Assembly: GCF_020745735.1 (NCBI RefSeq)
Contig: NC_083436.1
Coordinates: 19,491,299-19,555,298 of the forward strand
DNA from: Hemiscyllium ocellatum
Taxonomy: Eukaryota
Direction: 5' to 3'
DNA: 64,000 nucleotides
Shown here: positions 26,901 to 38,956 of the stretch, piece by piece
How the letters are laid out: each line of letters starts with the position of its first letter
Position numbering within the stretch: the stretch's first letter is position 1
Notes under the pieces: generated by a model
What the model was told of the DNA's origin: nothing
The model's input: the letters and a program-made list of their open reading frames with translations, nothing else
The model's database searches: none
Translations under genes and position numbers: made by a program

Positions 26901-29900
26901 TTGTTCTTCTTGGCTGAGATGGCCAGTGCTGACATGTAGGTAATGAAAATGTCATCTTCTTGTCAACAAAATTCTCTCACTAAACTTTGCATTTTGCCAA
27001 AGACCACAAGTTCAGATTTTTAGAAATCTGTCCTCTATTCTTGGGTGAAAAATTGAGGTTGGAGTGCAAGATCAAAATCTCTTGAACGTGATCTTTCCTA
27101 ACTTCTAGCTGGGCAGAGCATACCTGAAATAAGCCCTGGGTAACCTGGTAATTCAGATAAGGGTCCTAATGGTGGTGTAGGATATTCTATTCAAATTGAT
27201 CATTGACTGGAGCCATGCATCCTCCCTCTAGTCATTTAATGCCTTTGGCCTTACCAATAGTCCATTAAGGAGACTGTTAATAAACACACACACAAATGTA
27301 TGGAAGGTTTAGTTTTGTCTTCTCTTGGCTCCACAGATGTGCTGCTGGCCCGGGACTTTGCGCCCCACTCCTTGTCTTCCCAAGGTCTGTCTGCAGACCT
27401 ATGTGGATTGTGCGGAGGTTAATACCTCCCAGGATCTGGTGACAAGCTTCACTGGATTAGACCTTGGGCTGACATTGTCAAATTTGCAATGCAACCCCAG
27501 TGGCTATTCCATGCTAAGAGCCAGTACCACAGAAATGTCTCCCTTTCTTGTGTAGGGTGTAGAGTACCAGAATGATGTTCTCCGTTTCACTAATTACCTT
27601 CAAAACGTGAATGATTGTTTACAGATTTAGGGGAATCTTTGGGCTCTAGAGAAGGTGGGAGCACAAAATAAATTAAAAGGTCTTGACATCATCAGAAAAT
27701 AATGAAGCTCTGCTGCTTTTGTGTGTTTTTAAAACAGAACTTCGTAATGAGTAGAATGTAAGTTTCTGCCAGTCGTAGATTTATACAGTGCATTGATGAG
27801 TATACATCAACATAACTACCACAAAGTGTACTAATTCTAAAGACTATGTCCTATACCCTAGAATGTTAATTTGTTTCAAATGCTCAACCAAATAGTTTTT
27901 TTTTAAAAAGGTTAAGGTTTCTGGCCTCCGCTACCTTTGTAGGCAGTGCATTCTACATGCCCATTACAGGCTGAGTGAGAAGGTTTTTTTCTTAAATCCA
28001 CTCTGAATCTCGTGCCACTTAACCCTAAACTGTGGCTCTTTGTGATTGACCACCCAACCAAGGGGAACAGCTGCTCCCTACTGATCCTATCCATACCTCT
28101 TGTACTCTTCTACACTTCAAACACGCCCCCCCCCAGTCTTTTTTGCTCTAAAGAACAACCCAAGCCTGTCTAGTCTCTCCTTACAGCTCAATTGTTCCAC
28201 CCCTTGTGAACCTCCTCTGTATCACATCCTGTAGTGAGGTGACCAGAAATGCGCACAGTACTGCAGCTGTGGCCTAACCAACACTCTGTACAACTCCAAC
28301 ATGACCTGCTTGATCTTTATACTCTATGCACGACTATCAAAGCAAGCATCCCATATACTGCCTTAACTAATCCTGTAAATAATTATTTGATTATCCTTCT
28401 TAGGCTACCCAGCGTCCCATCTTTCATTAAATACTCCTTCATCTTGTTTCTTTTTCCATGGTACATCACCTTGCCCTTATCAGGGTTAAGCAGATCTGCC
28501 ACTGCTCTGCCTATCTTCGTTGTTAACCACCCCACCAATCTTGATGTCTTCTGTAAGCTTGCTTAACATTCCCCCCATTTTTTAAAATTTATATCATTTA
28601 TAGAACATAGAAAAGTACAGCACAGAACAAGCCCTTTGGCCCACTATGTATTGTCGAGGATTAATCCTAATCTAAAATAAAATAACCTAACCCAACACTT
28701 ATCACTGACCTCCAGGCAGAATACTTTGCATCTACAACCACTCTCTGCCTTCTGTCAGCCAACCAGTTCTGAATCCAGAAAGCCGAATCTCCCTGTATCC
28801 CATACCTCCTGACTTTATGAATGAGTCTACCATTGGGAACCTTATCAAATGCCTTACTGAAGTCAATATACACCACATCCACTATCTAACCTTCTTCAAC
28901 CTGTCTCATCACCTCAAAGAACTCAATAAGATTTGAGGCATGACCTGACCCCCACAAAGCCATGCTGACTGCTTTTAATCATGCTATGCTTTTCCAAATA
29001 GTCATAAATCCTATCCCTCAATTCTTTCCAAAACCTTGCTGGCCACAGATTTAAGACTGACTGGTCTGTAATTACCCACCTTGAAAAGAGGAACAACATT
29101 CGCCTCCCTCCAATCCACTGGTACGACTCCTGTGGAGAGTGAGAAAGCAAAGATCTTTGTCAGTGGCTTCGCAACCTCCTGTCTCACTTCCCAGAGCAAC
29201 CTAGGATAAATTTTGGTCTGGTTCTGGGGACTTATCAATCTCAATGTTTGCCAAAGTTCCAGCACATCAACTTCCTGAATCTCGATCGGTTTAACCCTGT
29301 TTCCCAGCTCCTCAAAGTTCTAATTCACAACAAGGCCCCTTTCCTTACTGAAAACCAAAACAAAGTACTCATTTAGGGCTTCCCCTATCTGCTCAGACTT
29401 CACTCAAAAGTTCCCTATGCTATCCCTGACCGACTTTACCTTCTCCCTGATCATTCTCTTATTCCTCACGTGTGAGTAAAATACCTTTGGGTTCTCCCTA
29501 ATTCTTCTTGCCAGGCCTTTTTCGTTCCCCTCATGGCTCTCCTCAGTCCGTTTTGAGCTCTTTTCTTGTAAGCCTGTAATCCTCTAAAGCTGTGCTAGAT
29601 CTTTGCTTCCTCCACCTTGCATAAGCTGCCTCCTTCCTTTTAAGGAGAAGCTCCTCTGTTCTCATCATCCAAGGCTCCTTATTCTTACCCCTTCTTGCCT
29701 GTCTCAGAGGAACAAATTTATGCATCACTCGCAACAACTGTTTCCACACGTCTATTGTGCCCTTTCTGTGGAACAATTTCTCCCACTTTGTATTTTCCAA
29801 TTCCTGTCTGATGGTCTCATAATTTTCTTTTACCCAATTAAATATCTTCTCATGGTAACTGCTCCTTTCCTTCCCCATAGCTATGGTAAGTGTGAGGCAG

Positions 29901-31044
29901 TTGTGGTCACTGTCACCAAAGTATTCTCCAACTGCGAGATCTGACACCTGTCCTAGCTTTTTGCTGAGCACCAAATCCAAAATGGCCTCTCCCTCATCGG
30001 CCTGTCTACATACTGAGTAAAGAAATTCACCTGAACACACCTGACAAAAATAGCTCTTTCCAAACCATCTGAACTAAGGAGGTTCCAGTCAGTATTGGGA
30101 AAGTTAAAATCACCCATAACAACATCTGCATTTTTCCAAAATCTGCTAGCTTGTGAGTTCTTCGATCTCCCTACTGCTATTAGGGGGTCTGTAGAAAACC
30201 TCCAATGAGGTAGCTGCTCCCTTGCTGTTCCTAGCTTCCACCCATACAGACTCAGTAGACAGACCTTCCTTGACAACCTTCATTTCTGTAGCTGTAACGC
30301 ACTGATTAGCAACACTACAACCCCTCTCGTGTTTTTCCCCCTCCCTGTTCTTTTTAAATGTTCTAAACCCAGGAACATCTAGCAACCGTTTCTGTCCCTG
30401 TGAAACCCATGTCTCCATTATGGCCACAACATCATAGTTCAAATACTAATCCATGCTCAAAGTTCATCACTCTTATTTCTGACACTCCTTGCATTAAAGA
30501 GGACACACTGTATTTTTATGTATATTTATGTATATAACAAACAAAAGAGGTCCTTTTCCCTTGAAAAGAACCAAGAAAAATTGATGACCACTCAAAATTA
30601 AAAGCCTCAATACATTCACTTAAATCTGTTTAATTCTCACTTGAGTAGTGTACATTTAGTTGACAGATGTTGCTTATGTATCTTCCTGGCATTTGGCATT
30701 GATACTGCAGTTCTGATACTGTGAAAACAACATCTGATTCTTATTTTCCTTTTAATGCTGTTGACCTGGAAAGAGAACTTATGGTTTAACTTACAGTACA
30801 CTTGAATTCAACCATGTTTTAAAAATTACTTTTTGGTATATCATTGTAACTTCTTCTGTCAAGGTTTATTCATCCTCGGTTTGGACATATTAAGAGTATC
30901 CGTACCATCCAGGCAGTACAGAAAGATGAAGAACTTACAGTTGCTTATGGATACGATCACTATTCTGCAGGCAAGGGCGGTCCAGAAGCTCCTGACTGGT
31001 ACAAGCTTGAACTGCAGGCCTTCCAACATGTTCAACGGAAATGA
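8757..31044 (+). CDS. SETD7: SETD7 (SET7/9) histone-lysine N-methyltransferase, complete 8-exon CDS: join(8757-8796,9819-9948,17443-17644,19240-19429,23645-23726,26394-26511,26618-26775,30864-31044), 366 aa
   Basis: All introns are GT-AG with compatible phases. Exon lengths 40+130+202+190+82+118+158+181=1101 nt. Translation [32 protein letters not shown]...GEGLFAK...FYNG...[15 protein letters not shown]...FIHPRFG...ELTVAYGYD...PEAPDWY...QRK* matches human SETD7 (MORN repeats + SET domain) without gaps. Confidence 0.98.
9819..9948 (+). CDS. SETD7: SETD7 exon 2 (MORN repeats)
   Basis: tgttgtag| [44 protein letters not shown] |gtaaaa. Confidence 0.97.
12225..12415. mobile_element. Old PLE-derived fold-back element
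   Basis: Imperfect inverted arms (ataactcagca..tgtggaga / tctccaca..tgctgagttat) around a decayed hammerhead cagaagaagggtc..ccctgaaa. Confidence 0.65.
13786..14450 (-). mobile_element. PLE pLTR/3' region, third family, including a degenerate (TG)n-rich tract at about 14255-14440
   Basis: Reverse strand reads cctaatgaaggagcagc..aaagctagtgcttccaaataaacctgttgg; same family as the 22300 copy. Confidence 0.65.
15136..15250 (+). mobile_element. Short tRNA-derived SINE
   Basis: A box tggcacagtgg, B box ggttcaagtct; no tRNA cloverleaf. Confidence 0.6.
17443..17644 (+). CDS. SETD7: SETD7 exon 3 (MORN repeats)
   Basis: tatttag| [22 protein letters not shown]...GVCWMYFA |gtaagc. Confidence 0.97.
19240..19429 (+). 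CDS. SETD7: SETD7 exon 4
   Basis: tgacag| [27 protein letters not shown]...PQFELVPD |gtaaga. Confidence 0.97.
19873..20110 (-). mobile_element. HE1-like V-SINE
   Basis: tRNA head gcatggtggttcagtggttagcactgctgcttcacag; V domain gtggaatttgtacat..tgcgtgggtttcc..tccaaagatgtgcagg. Confidence 0.85.
20122..20265 (+). mobile_element. PLE pLTR fragment with mutated hammerhead (GAAG for GAAA)
   Basis: cctgatgaagggcttttgcccgaagtgtcgattttcctgctcctcggatgctgc. Confidence 0.75.
21720..22200 (+). mobile_element. Old CR1 3' fragment
   Basis: Decayed match to the CR1 RT C-terminus. Confidence 0.55.
22300..22406 (+). mobile_element. PLE pLTR end, third family, decayed hammerhead
   Basis: ctgacgaaagagcagcgctgtgaaagcatgtattccaaataaacctgttggactataacctgg. 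Confidence 0.65.
23645..23726 (+). CDS. SETD7: SETD7 exon 5
   Basis: caacag| [28 protein letters not shown] |gttgtt. Confidence 0.95.
26394..26511 (+). CDS. SETD7: SETD7 exon 6 (SET-N, Tyr245)
   Basis: aattag| [39 protein letters not shown] |gtgagc. Confidence 0.97.
26618..26775 (+). CDS. SETD7: SETD7 exon 7 (SET-I, HKANHS motif, Tyr305)
   Basis: ttccag| [52 protein letters not shown] |gtaagt; the preceding intron is only 106 nt. Confidence 0.97.
27910..30510 (-). mobile_element. Two CR1 LINE remnants in SETD7 intron 7; 28600-30510 includes APE endonuclease and RT start
   Basis: [37 protein letters not shown] motifs on - strand. Confidence 0.88.
30864..31044 (+). CDS. SETD7: SETD7 exon 8 (SET-C/post-SET, stop TGA 31042-31044)
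   Basis: tgtcaag| [59 protein letters not shown]. Confidence 0.97.
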
Positions 31045-32941
31045 AATTTATACAGCTTTCTCTTTAAGCAGGTAGCAAAAGCAGAAGAAGCTATGCACTA
31101 AAGCTATGTGGAACTGCCAGATCAGGATCATTAAAATGCTCTGTTCTAAAAATTATCATATACCTTGTAATTAAAATATTCAAGGTTAGATTTATTTGTG
31201 AAATACAATATATAAGGCACTTGAACAAGTAGATATACATTTGCATCAGCACATGGAAATTTGTTATGTAGCAGTAAACACTATTAACCTATTAATTATA
31301 CAGTGTAGCTTGTCCTACCCAGCAGTGTTAACATGTGCTTTCTAAAGTGGCTCATGGACTGCTAGATACACCTTGGCCATTTTTATTGTTTCAAATCAGC
31401 ATTATCTGTTCTACTTTTAGGCAAGTCTAACTCTACACATACTGTTTATGGGTTTATAGTGTTCACCTCCTAAATGTCCAAATACTACCAATGATAGCTG
31501 TTTCATCTTTAGCTGAATTGATTATGACTATTCATCATTTGATGTTGTAACTGGGGTTTTAGTGAAAGCTAACACCGGCTAGTTGTAATGTTTGTAACTT
31601 GTCCACTTTAATTGCGAATTAGCACCATTTGATAGATTTTGTCCTCTGAAAGTTAGTGTCTGGAGAAAGCATTTTGAGTTGCATATCAGTATCGCTAGGA
31701 TGAAGTATTGTTATTTATAGATTTTGCAGATAGCTCAGTGATAATTTAAGCATTTATTCAATAATGTTCAAGTGCATTAGTTGGCATTTATCATCTCGTG
31801 TCATTTGCAAAGTATTTAATATTAATATTAAATATAGCAATTGACAACAATGTTGCACTCTGATCTAAAGATACAACAGCTTAACTCATGGTGATTCGTG
31901 TGACCTTGTTGATAAGATGCAAGACATCAACCTTGCACTTTCTATAGTTTGTTTCACAACACTGAGTAAACAAAGCCAGCAACTGAAGAGATGCAGCATA
32001 ATCCAAATAGAGCATTTTTATGTAAATGTGACAACATTGTTTCAAATAACAGTTAACCTTGCTTCAGGTATAGAAATATAACCATAGCCACATGCAAGCA
32101 TTTTTCTCCTAAAGAACAGTAGCACAATCTAAAATTGTGTTTCAGTACAATGCTCTTTCTTTCTTGAAAGCTTGACTAGTTAAACTCTGCATTTTGTAAC
32201 TGGTGGTTGCAGCCTTATTAAATTACATAGTTTTGCTAATGTAACCGGAAAAAAAAGCTTAACTGGGTGAGAGTATGGGAGATTGGAGTGGCTCCAAAAG
32301 TTTACAGATTCCCCTCTAGTCTTCTGATTGTGTGTATCCTCTTTCAGTGTATTAAAGAAAGTGTGTGCATTTTATAAGAATGTCTGGGTGAGCATGAGAA
32401 TTGTTTTGGTTAATCAGAGTGGGAAAGCATTTATAATATGTTTTGGTTTTGACAAAATGAATTATGTTGTAACCAATATATGAAGTTGATAACTTGGTAC
32501 AGGTCAAGAAAAATTGTTTTCTAATGGTGATTTAAACAAAAATGTGGTAAACTGTGAATAAATGGAATTTTTTTACTGTAAAGATAGAAATATGCAGAGA
32601 AGAACAAATCATGGATCTAATTGATTTTTTTTTAAGAATTGTAATGTATGTCACTATTTCAGTGCATGGTTTGTTTTCAAATATGAAATGCTCAGTTTGA
32701 GTCTCAACTTTTGTCATTCTTTTGCTTCGGATCAGTCTTGTTTGACTGAAAATGAGGGTGGGTTCCAGTATTTCAGAATAAAAGTAATGGACTCTCGATC
32801 TTTTTACAGCATTGTAGTGCCGTATCCATCAGTAATGGCATTTGTGGATTTGTCAACATATTAAACAGCAAACTCTAGTGCAGAAGTTCTGCATTGCTGA
32901 CTCAATTCATATTATAGCAATAGGTTATCAGTGGTAATAAA
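31045..32941 (+). other. SETD7: Probable SETD7 3' UTR with candidate polyA signals AATAAA at 32557, 32777 and 32936
   Basis: AT-rich stretch after the stop with no recognisable repeats; three AATAAA hexamers; the true end is unknown. Confidence 0.5.
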
Positions 32942-33399
32942 TGCTCCAAGCTTACAATTGACTGGACTCTTCACTATTTTCATCGCCTAAGACTTTAATC
33001 CCTGTGCTCTGCTTTTTAATTAAGTTTTCAAGGTGAATTATCAGTTATTAAATATCATTTTTAAGATATTTAATTGCTCATTGGTTATAGGAACCATGTG
33101 GTTTTGTACTGAACTGTATATGCCAAAAGATATCAGAGTTCATTCTTAGTTCAGTGCTGAGTAAGTTGCTCTCTGAGCAGAGGAAAATATTAATTTGGAT
33201 GATGAGCAACCACAAGGAATAGCTTATATAATAGAAACATTTTTGGAAGTCAGGTAGTATTTGTGAAAAGAACCAGTGAATGTTTCTGAACTGAACAAGT
33301 AATAATTATCGAACTTCTAGGTTGATTGCAGATAATTGGGCTGCTCATTTTATTAGAATTGTATTAGAAACAAGGCAGTTGCACTTCAGGCAGGCTGCC

Positions 33400-33675
33400 A
33401 CAGATCTTTTCAGGCACATTTTTGCAAACCACAATGAACATCTATGGAAACAAATAGAATACCTATTGTAGATGTCTATTTGAAGACTAAATGTCAGCCA
33501 ATGAACAGTAGAATACCTCTCTCTGAAATGTTACATAATATCTTTTTAATTTTAGGCCACCTGAATTGAAGATTGGGCCTCAGTTTATTGGCTCTTGCAA
33601 GTATGTAGCATTGCCTCAATGATGCATGAGTGGCAACTTAATTTATGTGCTCCAGTCCATAGAACCAGAACCTGT
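33400..33675 (-). mobile_element. Ancient DeuSINE (SacSINE1-like) remnant; related 3' piece at about 12855-12970
   Basis: ccacctga..gggcctcagttta..gcattgcctca..ttatgtgctc resembles the Deu-domain; very decayed. Confidence 0.45.
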
Positions 33676-35048
33676 TCCTACTTCATTATACGCTATACAC
33701 CTTGGAATAAAGCAGCTGCATACACTAGGAACAAGCTATTTCTGTATATTGTTTTATTATGACTGGCAATTTGTTGTAAAGTACTGCATTATGAAACATT
33801 ACACATTTTTGCCAACTTACAAGCAAGGTTATGTTTAATCTCAGAAACAATTTTAAATGCAGCTCCCAGAGGTGAAAAGATAGGCTTAGATTTTTTTTTG
33901 CTGCAAGTGGGATTTTGGTAGCTGGGGAGTGTGAAATCTCAAGTGTAGCATGGACCTATGAAGAACAGGTCTAGACTTTGGCAATTTATTTAGGTAGCCA
34001 GCATACATGTTTGGAAGAGTAAGATTCTTCATTGGATATGATGCTAAGATACCTTTTTGGGGAGGTAAGCTGCCCTTTAGAATTGTTAAAAATGTGCATA
34101 AATACATTACTGTCAACAGGTCTGTCAGAAGCAACTACTAAAGGGAACTGCCAAAGATTTGGAAGTCCTAGTCTACAGTGTCAATACCAAATGATTGCCT
34201 GTTAAACCTACTGTCTGCTGACTTAAGCCAAGAGTTTCCATTATTGCATTAGTGACTGAACCTGTTTTCTTCCTTTGTATCATTTGCCTCCATTGTCAGC
34301 TTCTGACCACGTATCAATACCATCACTGTGGTTGCTCATGTCCACATTTTAAACATGGCTTTGCTTTAACTCAGCACATCTGCTGCTGAATTCTTACCAT
34401 ACCTTTGTAAGCTCAAAACCATTGATTGCTGGCCTGCCATTTTGTAACCTCTGTACACTATTCCAAAAAATTGCCCTTATTATAACTGTGAACCACTCAA
34501 CCATCACTGCCATCTCCCTGATTTATTCTGGTTCTAATATTAAGAAATTCCTCTATTTTAAAATTCTCTTGCTCCTGTTCTGAACCTTGCATGACATTGT
34601 ACCTACCTAACTGTGATCTCCCAAATGGTGGCACCTTGAATGTCCCCAGTTTTAATATTTCCATAATTGACAGCTGTGTTTTGGGTTAACAAGTCCTTAA
34701 GCTCAAGAATTTGCTTCCTAAACCTCTTTACCTTTCTCTTACCTTTTAAAGGAACTCTACTACATCCTTGTATGTCTCATGTGGCACATTGGATCTACAA
34801 TACTAAAATATCGTGGAAAATCAAGTTAGTGTTGGTTAACACTTGTATTTATTTTAATAGCAACACTTGTGTGTTGACATGAATTCCTGAAGAAGATTAT
34901 TAAAAACTAGCATAAAAGAAATGATTCAAAGAAGTTTAAATGTTGAACTGAATAAAGACTTGCAAAGGTGTGGCCTTTAAATTTAGATTCGGAGATTAAA
35001 AATTTTAAAAGCTAAGTTGTTAAAGCTGCCAAATTAAATTGATTTATG

Positions 35049-35245
35049 GGTAAAAAAAAGAGGTCTGCAGATGCTGGAGATCACAGCTGAAAATGTGTTG
35101 CTGGTTAAAGCACAGCAGGTTAGGCAGCATCCAAGGAACAGGAAATTCGATGTTTTGGGCATAAGCTTATGCCCGAAACGTCGAATTTCCTGTTCCTTGG
35201 ATGCTGCCTAACCTGCTGTGCTTTAACCAGCAACACATTTTCAGC
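35049..35245. mobile_element. PLE-derived near-perfect hairpin element, 14-bp TSD
   Basis: Palindrome 35085-35246 centred on AAG|CTT (35165/35166) with two mismatches at CpG sites; TSD TAAATTGATTTATG at 35035-35048 and 35246-35259. Confidence 0.92.
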
Positions 35246-36249
35246 TAAATTGATTTATGATAAAGAAATGGTTTTCTACAGTAAACATAATTTACTATTA
35301 TGATTTCTTGATATTAAATCAGAGGTAATGTTGCATTAGTCTAGCAGTTATGAAATAACACTCAACGTAAACTTGTGTTGATATGTGATATTTATGTAAC
35401 ATGTCTACCCAGTTGCTGCTTAGTGTTACAAACCCACTTAATAACATTAGTGCAGATAGTCAAACATTTGCTTGTGGGTTAGTTTTGAGGACCATCTTAA
35501 TTTCTCACTGACTGTTTGGGGGGTGGGGGTGGGGGTCTTTAGTACTTGAAAAACACATTTGGAAGGTGATCTGTTATCTATAAGAATGGTAGGGGATTTT
35601 AACTTTCCAAACATACAGTAACTGCCAGTGTTAAGGGTTTAGATGGAGAGGAATTTGTTGAGTGTGTACAAGAAAGTTTTCTGATTCAGTATGTGAATGT
35701 ACCTACTACAAAGTGCAAAGCTTGACCTACATTTGGGAAATAAGGCAGGTGAGGTGACTGAGGTGTCAGTGGGGGAGCACTTTGGCGCCAGCGACCATAA
35801 TTCTATTAGTTTGAAAATTGTGATGGAAAAGGATAGACTGGTTCTAAAAGTTTAAGTTCTAAATTGGAGGGAGACCAATTTTGATGGTATTAGGCAATTT
35901 CAAAAGCTGATTGGGGGCAGATTTCACAGGTAAAGGGACGGCTGGAAAATGGGAAGCCTTCCAGAATGAGATAATAAGAGTCTAGAGACAATATGTTCCT
36001 GTTAGGGTGAAAGCAAGGTTGATAGGTATAGGGAAGGCTAGATGACTACAGTAATTGAGGTTTTGGCTAAGAAAAGGAAAGAAGCATATGCCAGGTATAG
36101 ACAGCAGAGATTGAGTGACTCCTTACAGTATAAAGACAGGAGGAGAATACTTAAGAGGGAAATCAGGAGGGCAAAAAGGGGACATGACATAGCTTTGGGA
36201 ATCCAAAGTGATTTTATAAATATATTAAAGACAAAGGAGTATTTAGGGA

Positions 36250-38182
36250 GGGAAGAGGCACCCTCAAACATCACACTGGAAAGAAGAGCACTGGAAAGAA
36301 GAGCCGTGGAAGAACTCTGAAAAGCTAGAAATATCGTAATCAGACCAGCAGACAAAGGGTGGATGACAGTCATCCTGAACAGAACACTATATATTTGAAA
36401 AGCAAACACGCTACCAGCAGATACTGACATCTACCAACAGGTGGCGATGAGTCCGACTCCACAGCTAGAAAACTATATTACAGCGTACCTGAGGAAATTT
36501 CACAAGACAGGTGAAATTAACAAGATAGACCTCCAAAGAATGAAACCTGAAGGATCCATTTCTCCGGATTATCAAAGGTACACAAACAAGGCCCTCACTT
36601 CCTGCTACAGACATACAGACTAGCAAAAGAACTGCAATCTAAACTGAAACACCGAGTACAAAACTCAAACCACTCCATCCAGGAATTCCTTAACATCAAA
36701 GACACCAAGGTAGAGGACGACCAGGTCATGGTTGCCTCACTGCAAGACAAACGAAGGACACAAAGACCTGACAGCACCAACTCCATCAGCAAGGACAGCA
36801 TCCTCCAACTAGTAAACCTGTACCTCACAACCCACTTCACCTTCAATGACCAGAACTACAAACAATTCAATGGGGTGCCTATGGGATCACCAATATCAGG
36901 ACTCTTCGCAGAAGCAGTTATCTAGAGGTAAGAACAAACAGCACTTCCCACGATTCAGCCCAAGCTTTGGGTCCGCTATGTGGATGATATCTTTGTCATC
37001 TGTCATCACAAAACGTAACAAAATTAGAAGAAACATAAACAACATCCTGACTGGTACGAAGTTCACCAAAGAGGAAGAGAACAACAACATACTCCGTTTC
37101 CAAAAGGGGTAGAATGCAAAGCCAATGGAGAGCTACAGACCAGTGTTTACAGGAAAGCCATACACACTGAGCAGATACCCAACTACGGGAGCAATCATCC
37201 CAACACCCACGAACGGAGCTGCACAAGGACATTATTTAGATAAGCCACAACACATTGCAGCACCCAGGAACTACAAGAAGCTGAGGAAAAACACTTCTAC
37301 AAAGTATTCAGGAACAATGGGTGCCCGATAAGCAGAGTCTGCTGATTCCTACACAGCTGACCAAAACAAAACGACACAACACGCCCAGAGACTCTAGCCA
37401 CCTTGGCATACATTAAAGACCTCTTGGAGATGATGACCAGATGATTCCGACCCCTCAATGTCATGGTAGCCCACAAACCTACCACCACACTGAAACAGCT
37501 CCTGATGAATTTAAAGGACCCCTAACCAACAACCAGCAGAACAAACATCATGTACAAAATACCTTGCAAGGACTGCAATAAACATTACATTGGACAAACT
37601 AGCAGAAAATCAGCCATCAGGATACATGAGCATCAAGTAGCCACCAAAAGTCATGACCAACTATCACTGCTATCCATACACGCAGATGAAGAGGGACACC
37701 AGGTCGACTGGGACAATACATCCATCCTGGGACAGGCTAAACAAAGACACGCACGTGAATTCCTAGAGGCCTGGCATTCAAACCTGAACTCTACTGACAA
37801 ACATATAGATTTGGAGCCCATTTACCAACCTCTCAGAAAAAGAACTGGAAGTGATATCACCCACCACAACAGACCAAGACAGGTAAATCACCTAGGATAT
37901 AGTGAGGTCTGCAGATGCTGGAGTTGACAGTATGTTGCTGGAAAAGCACGGCACGTCAGGCAGCATCCGAGGAGCAGGAGAATCAACGTTTCAGGCCAGA
38001 GCTCTCCATTCCTTATGAAGGGCATCGGCTCGAAACGTTGATATTCCTGCTGTTCGGATGCTGCCTGACCTGCTATGCTTTTCCAGCAACACACACTCAA
38101 GACAGATAAATAGCAAGTGGGACACAACACCAGCGCTTCATCAGAGGCTTACTGATGATGTTACCTAGCATGGTGATGAAGC
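36250..38182 (+). mobile_element. Decayed Penelope/Poseidon-type PLE (RT + GIY-YIG pseudogene + pLTR with hammerhead remnant)
   Basis: PADKG, GVPMGSPIS, RYVDD, YKIPCKDCNKHYIGQT, REFLEAWHS motifs with frameshifts; CTGATGATGTTACC at about 38152. Confidence 0.9.
37889..38097. mobile_element. PLE-derived fold-back element nested in a Poseidon-type PLE, 14-bp TSD
   Basis: Inverted arms; degenerate hammerhead CTTATGA..GAAACGTT; TSD CAAGACAG(G/A)TAAAT at 37875-37888 and 38098-38111. Confidence 0.85.
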
Positions 38183-38956
38183 ACAGGAGGAGATGGTACA
38201 GGATATCCTAAAATATGTAAAGGTAGATAAATCCCCAGCATTGAGTAAAGAGGTTGGGAGGTCATGTTGTAGCTGTACATATCATCGGTTATGGCACTTT
38301 TGGAATATTGCATGCAATTCTGGTCTCCCTCCTATCGGAAGGATGTTGTGAAACTTGAAAGGGTTCAGAAAAGATTTGCAAGAATATTGCCAGAATTGGA
38401 TGTTTGAGCAATATAGAGAGAGGCTGAATAGGCTGGGGCTGTGTTTTTAACTGGAGCATCAGAGGCTGAGGGATGACTTTAGAGAGGTTTATAAAATCAT
38501 GAGGGACATGGATAGGGTAAATAGACAAGGTCTTTTTCTAGAGGGCATAGATTTTGGGTGAGAGGGGGGAAATATTTAGAAGGGACGTAAGGGACAACGT
38601 TTTTACAGAGTGTGGTGCATGCGTGGAATGTGCTGCCTGAGGAAGTAGTGGAGGATGGTACAATTGCTGCATTTAAAAGGCACCTGGATGGGTATATGAA
38701 TAGGAAGGTTTTAGAGGGATATGGGCCAAGTGCTGGCAGATGGGACTAGATTAATTTAGGATATCTGGTCAGCATGGATGAGTTGGACTGAAGGGTCCAT
38801 TTCTGTGCTGTACATCTCTATGACAGAAAGACAGTTTGAGAATATGGAGAGGTTTAGGGTGCAAGTTCCACGGTTTTGGGTCAGAGCAGCTGAAAACATT
38901 ACCATCAGTGGTGAACGCATTCAAATCTGACTCAGCAGAGGCGATTACTTTATATA

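Larger units (their letters stand above)
35620..38825 (+). mobile_element. Internally deleted CR1 LINE (35620-36250 and 38185-38825) interrupted by a Poseidon PLE
   Basis: EN C-terminus/linker on the left; RT C-terminus + 3' UTR tail (tacatctctatgac) on the right. Confidence 0.8.

Noticed and set aside
35049-35245. Classification as a DNA-transposon MITE or miRNA gene
   Set aside because: The arms are PLE pLTR sequence with an asymmetric tail and a 14-bp TSD; no small-RNA evidence is available
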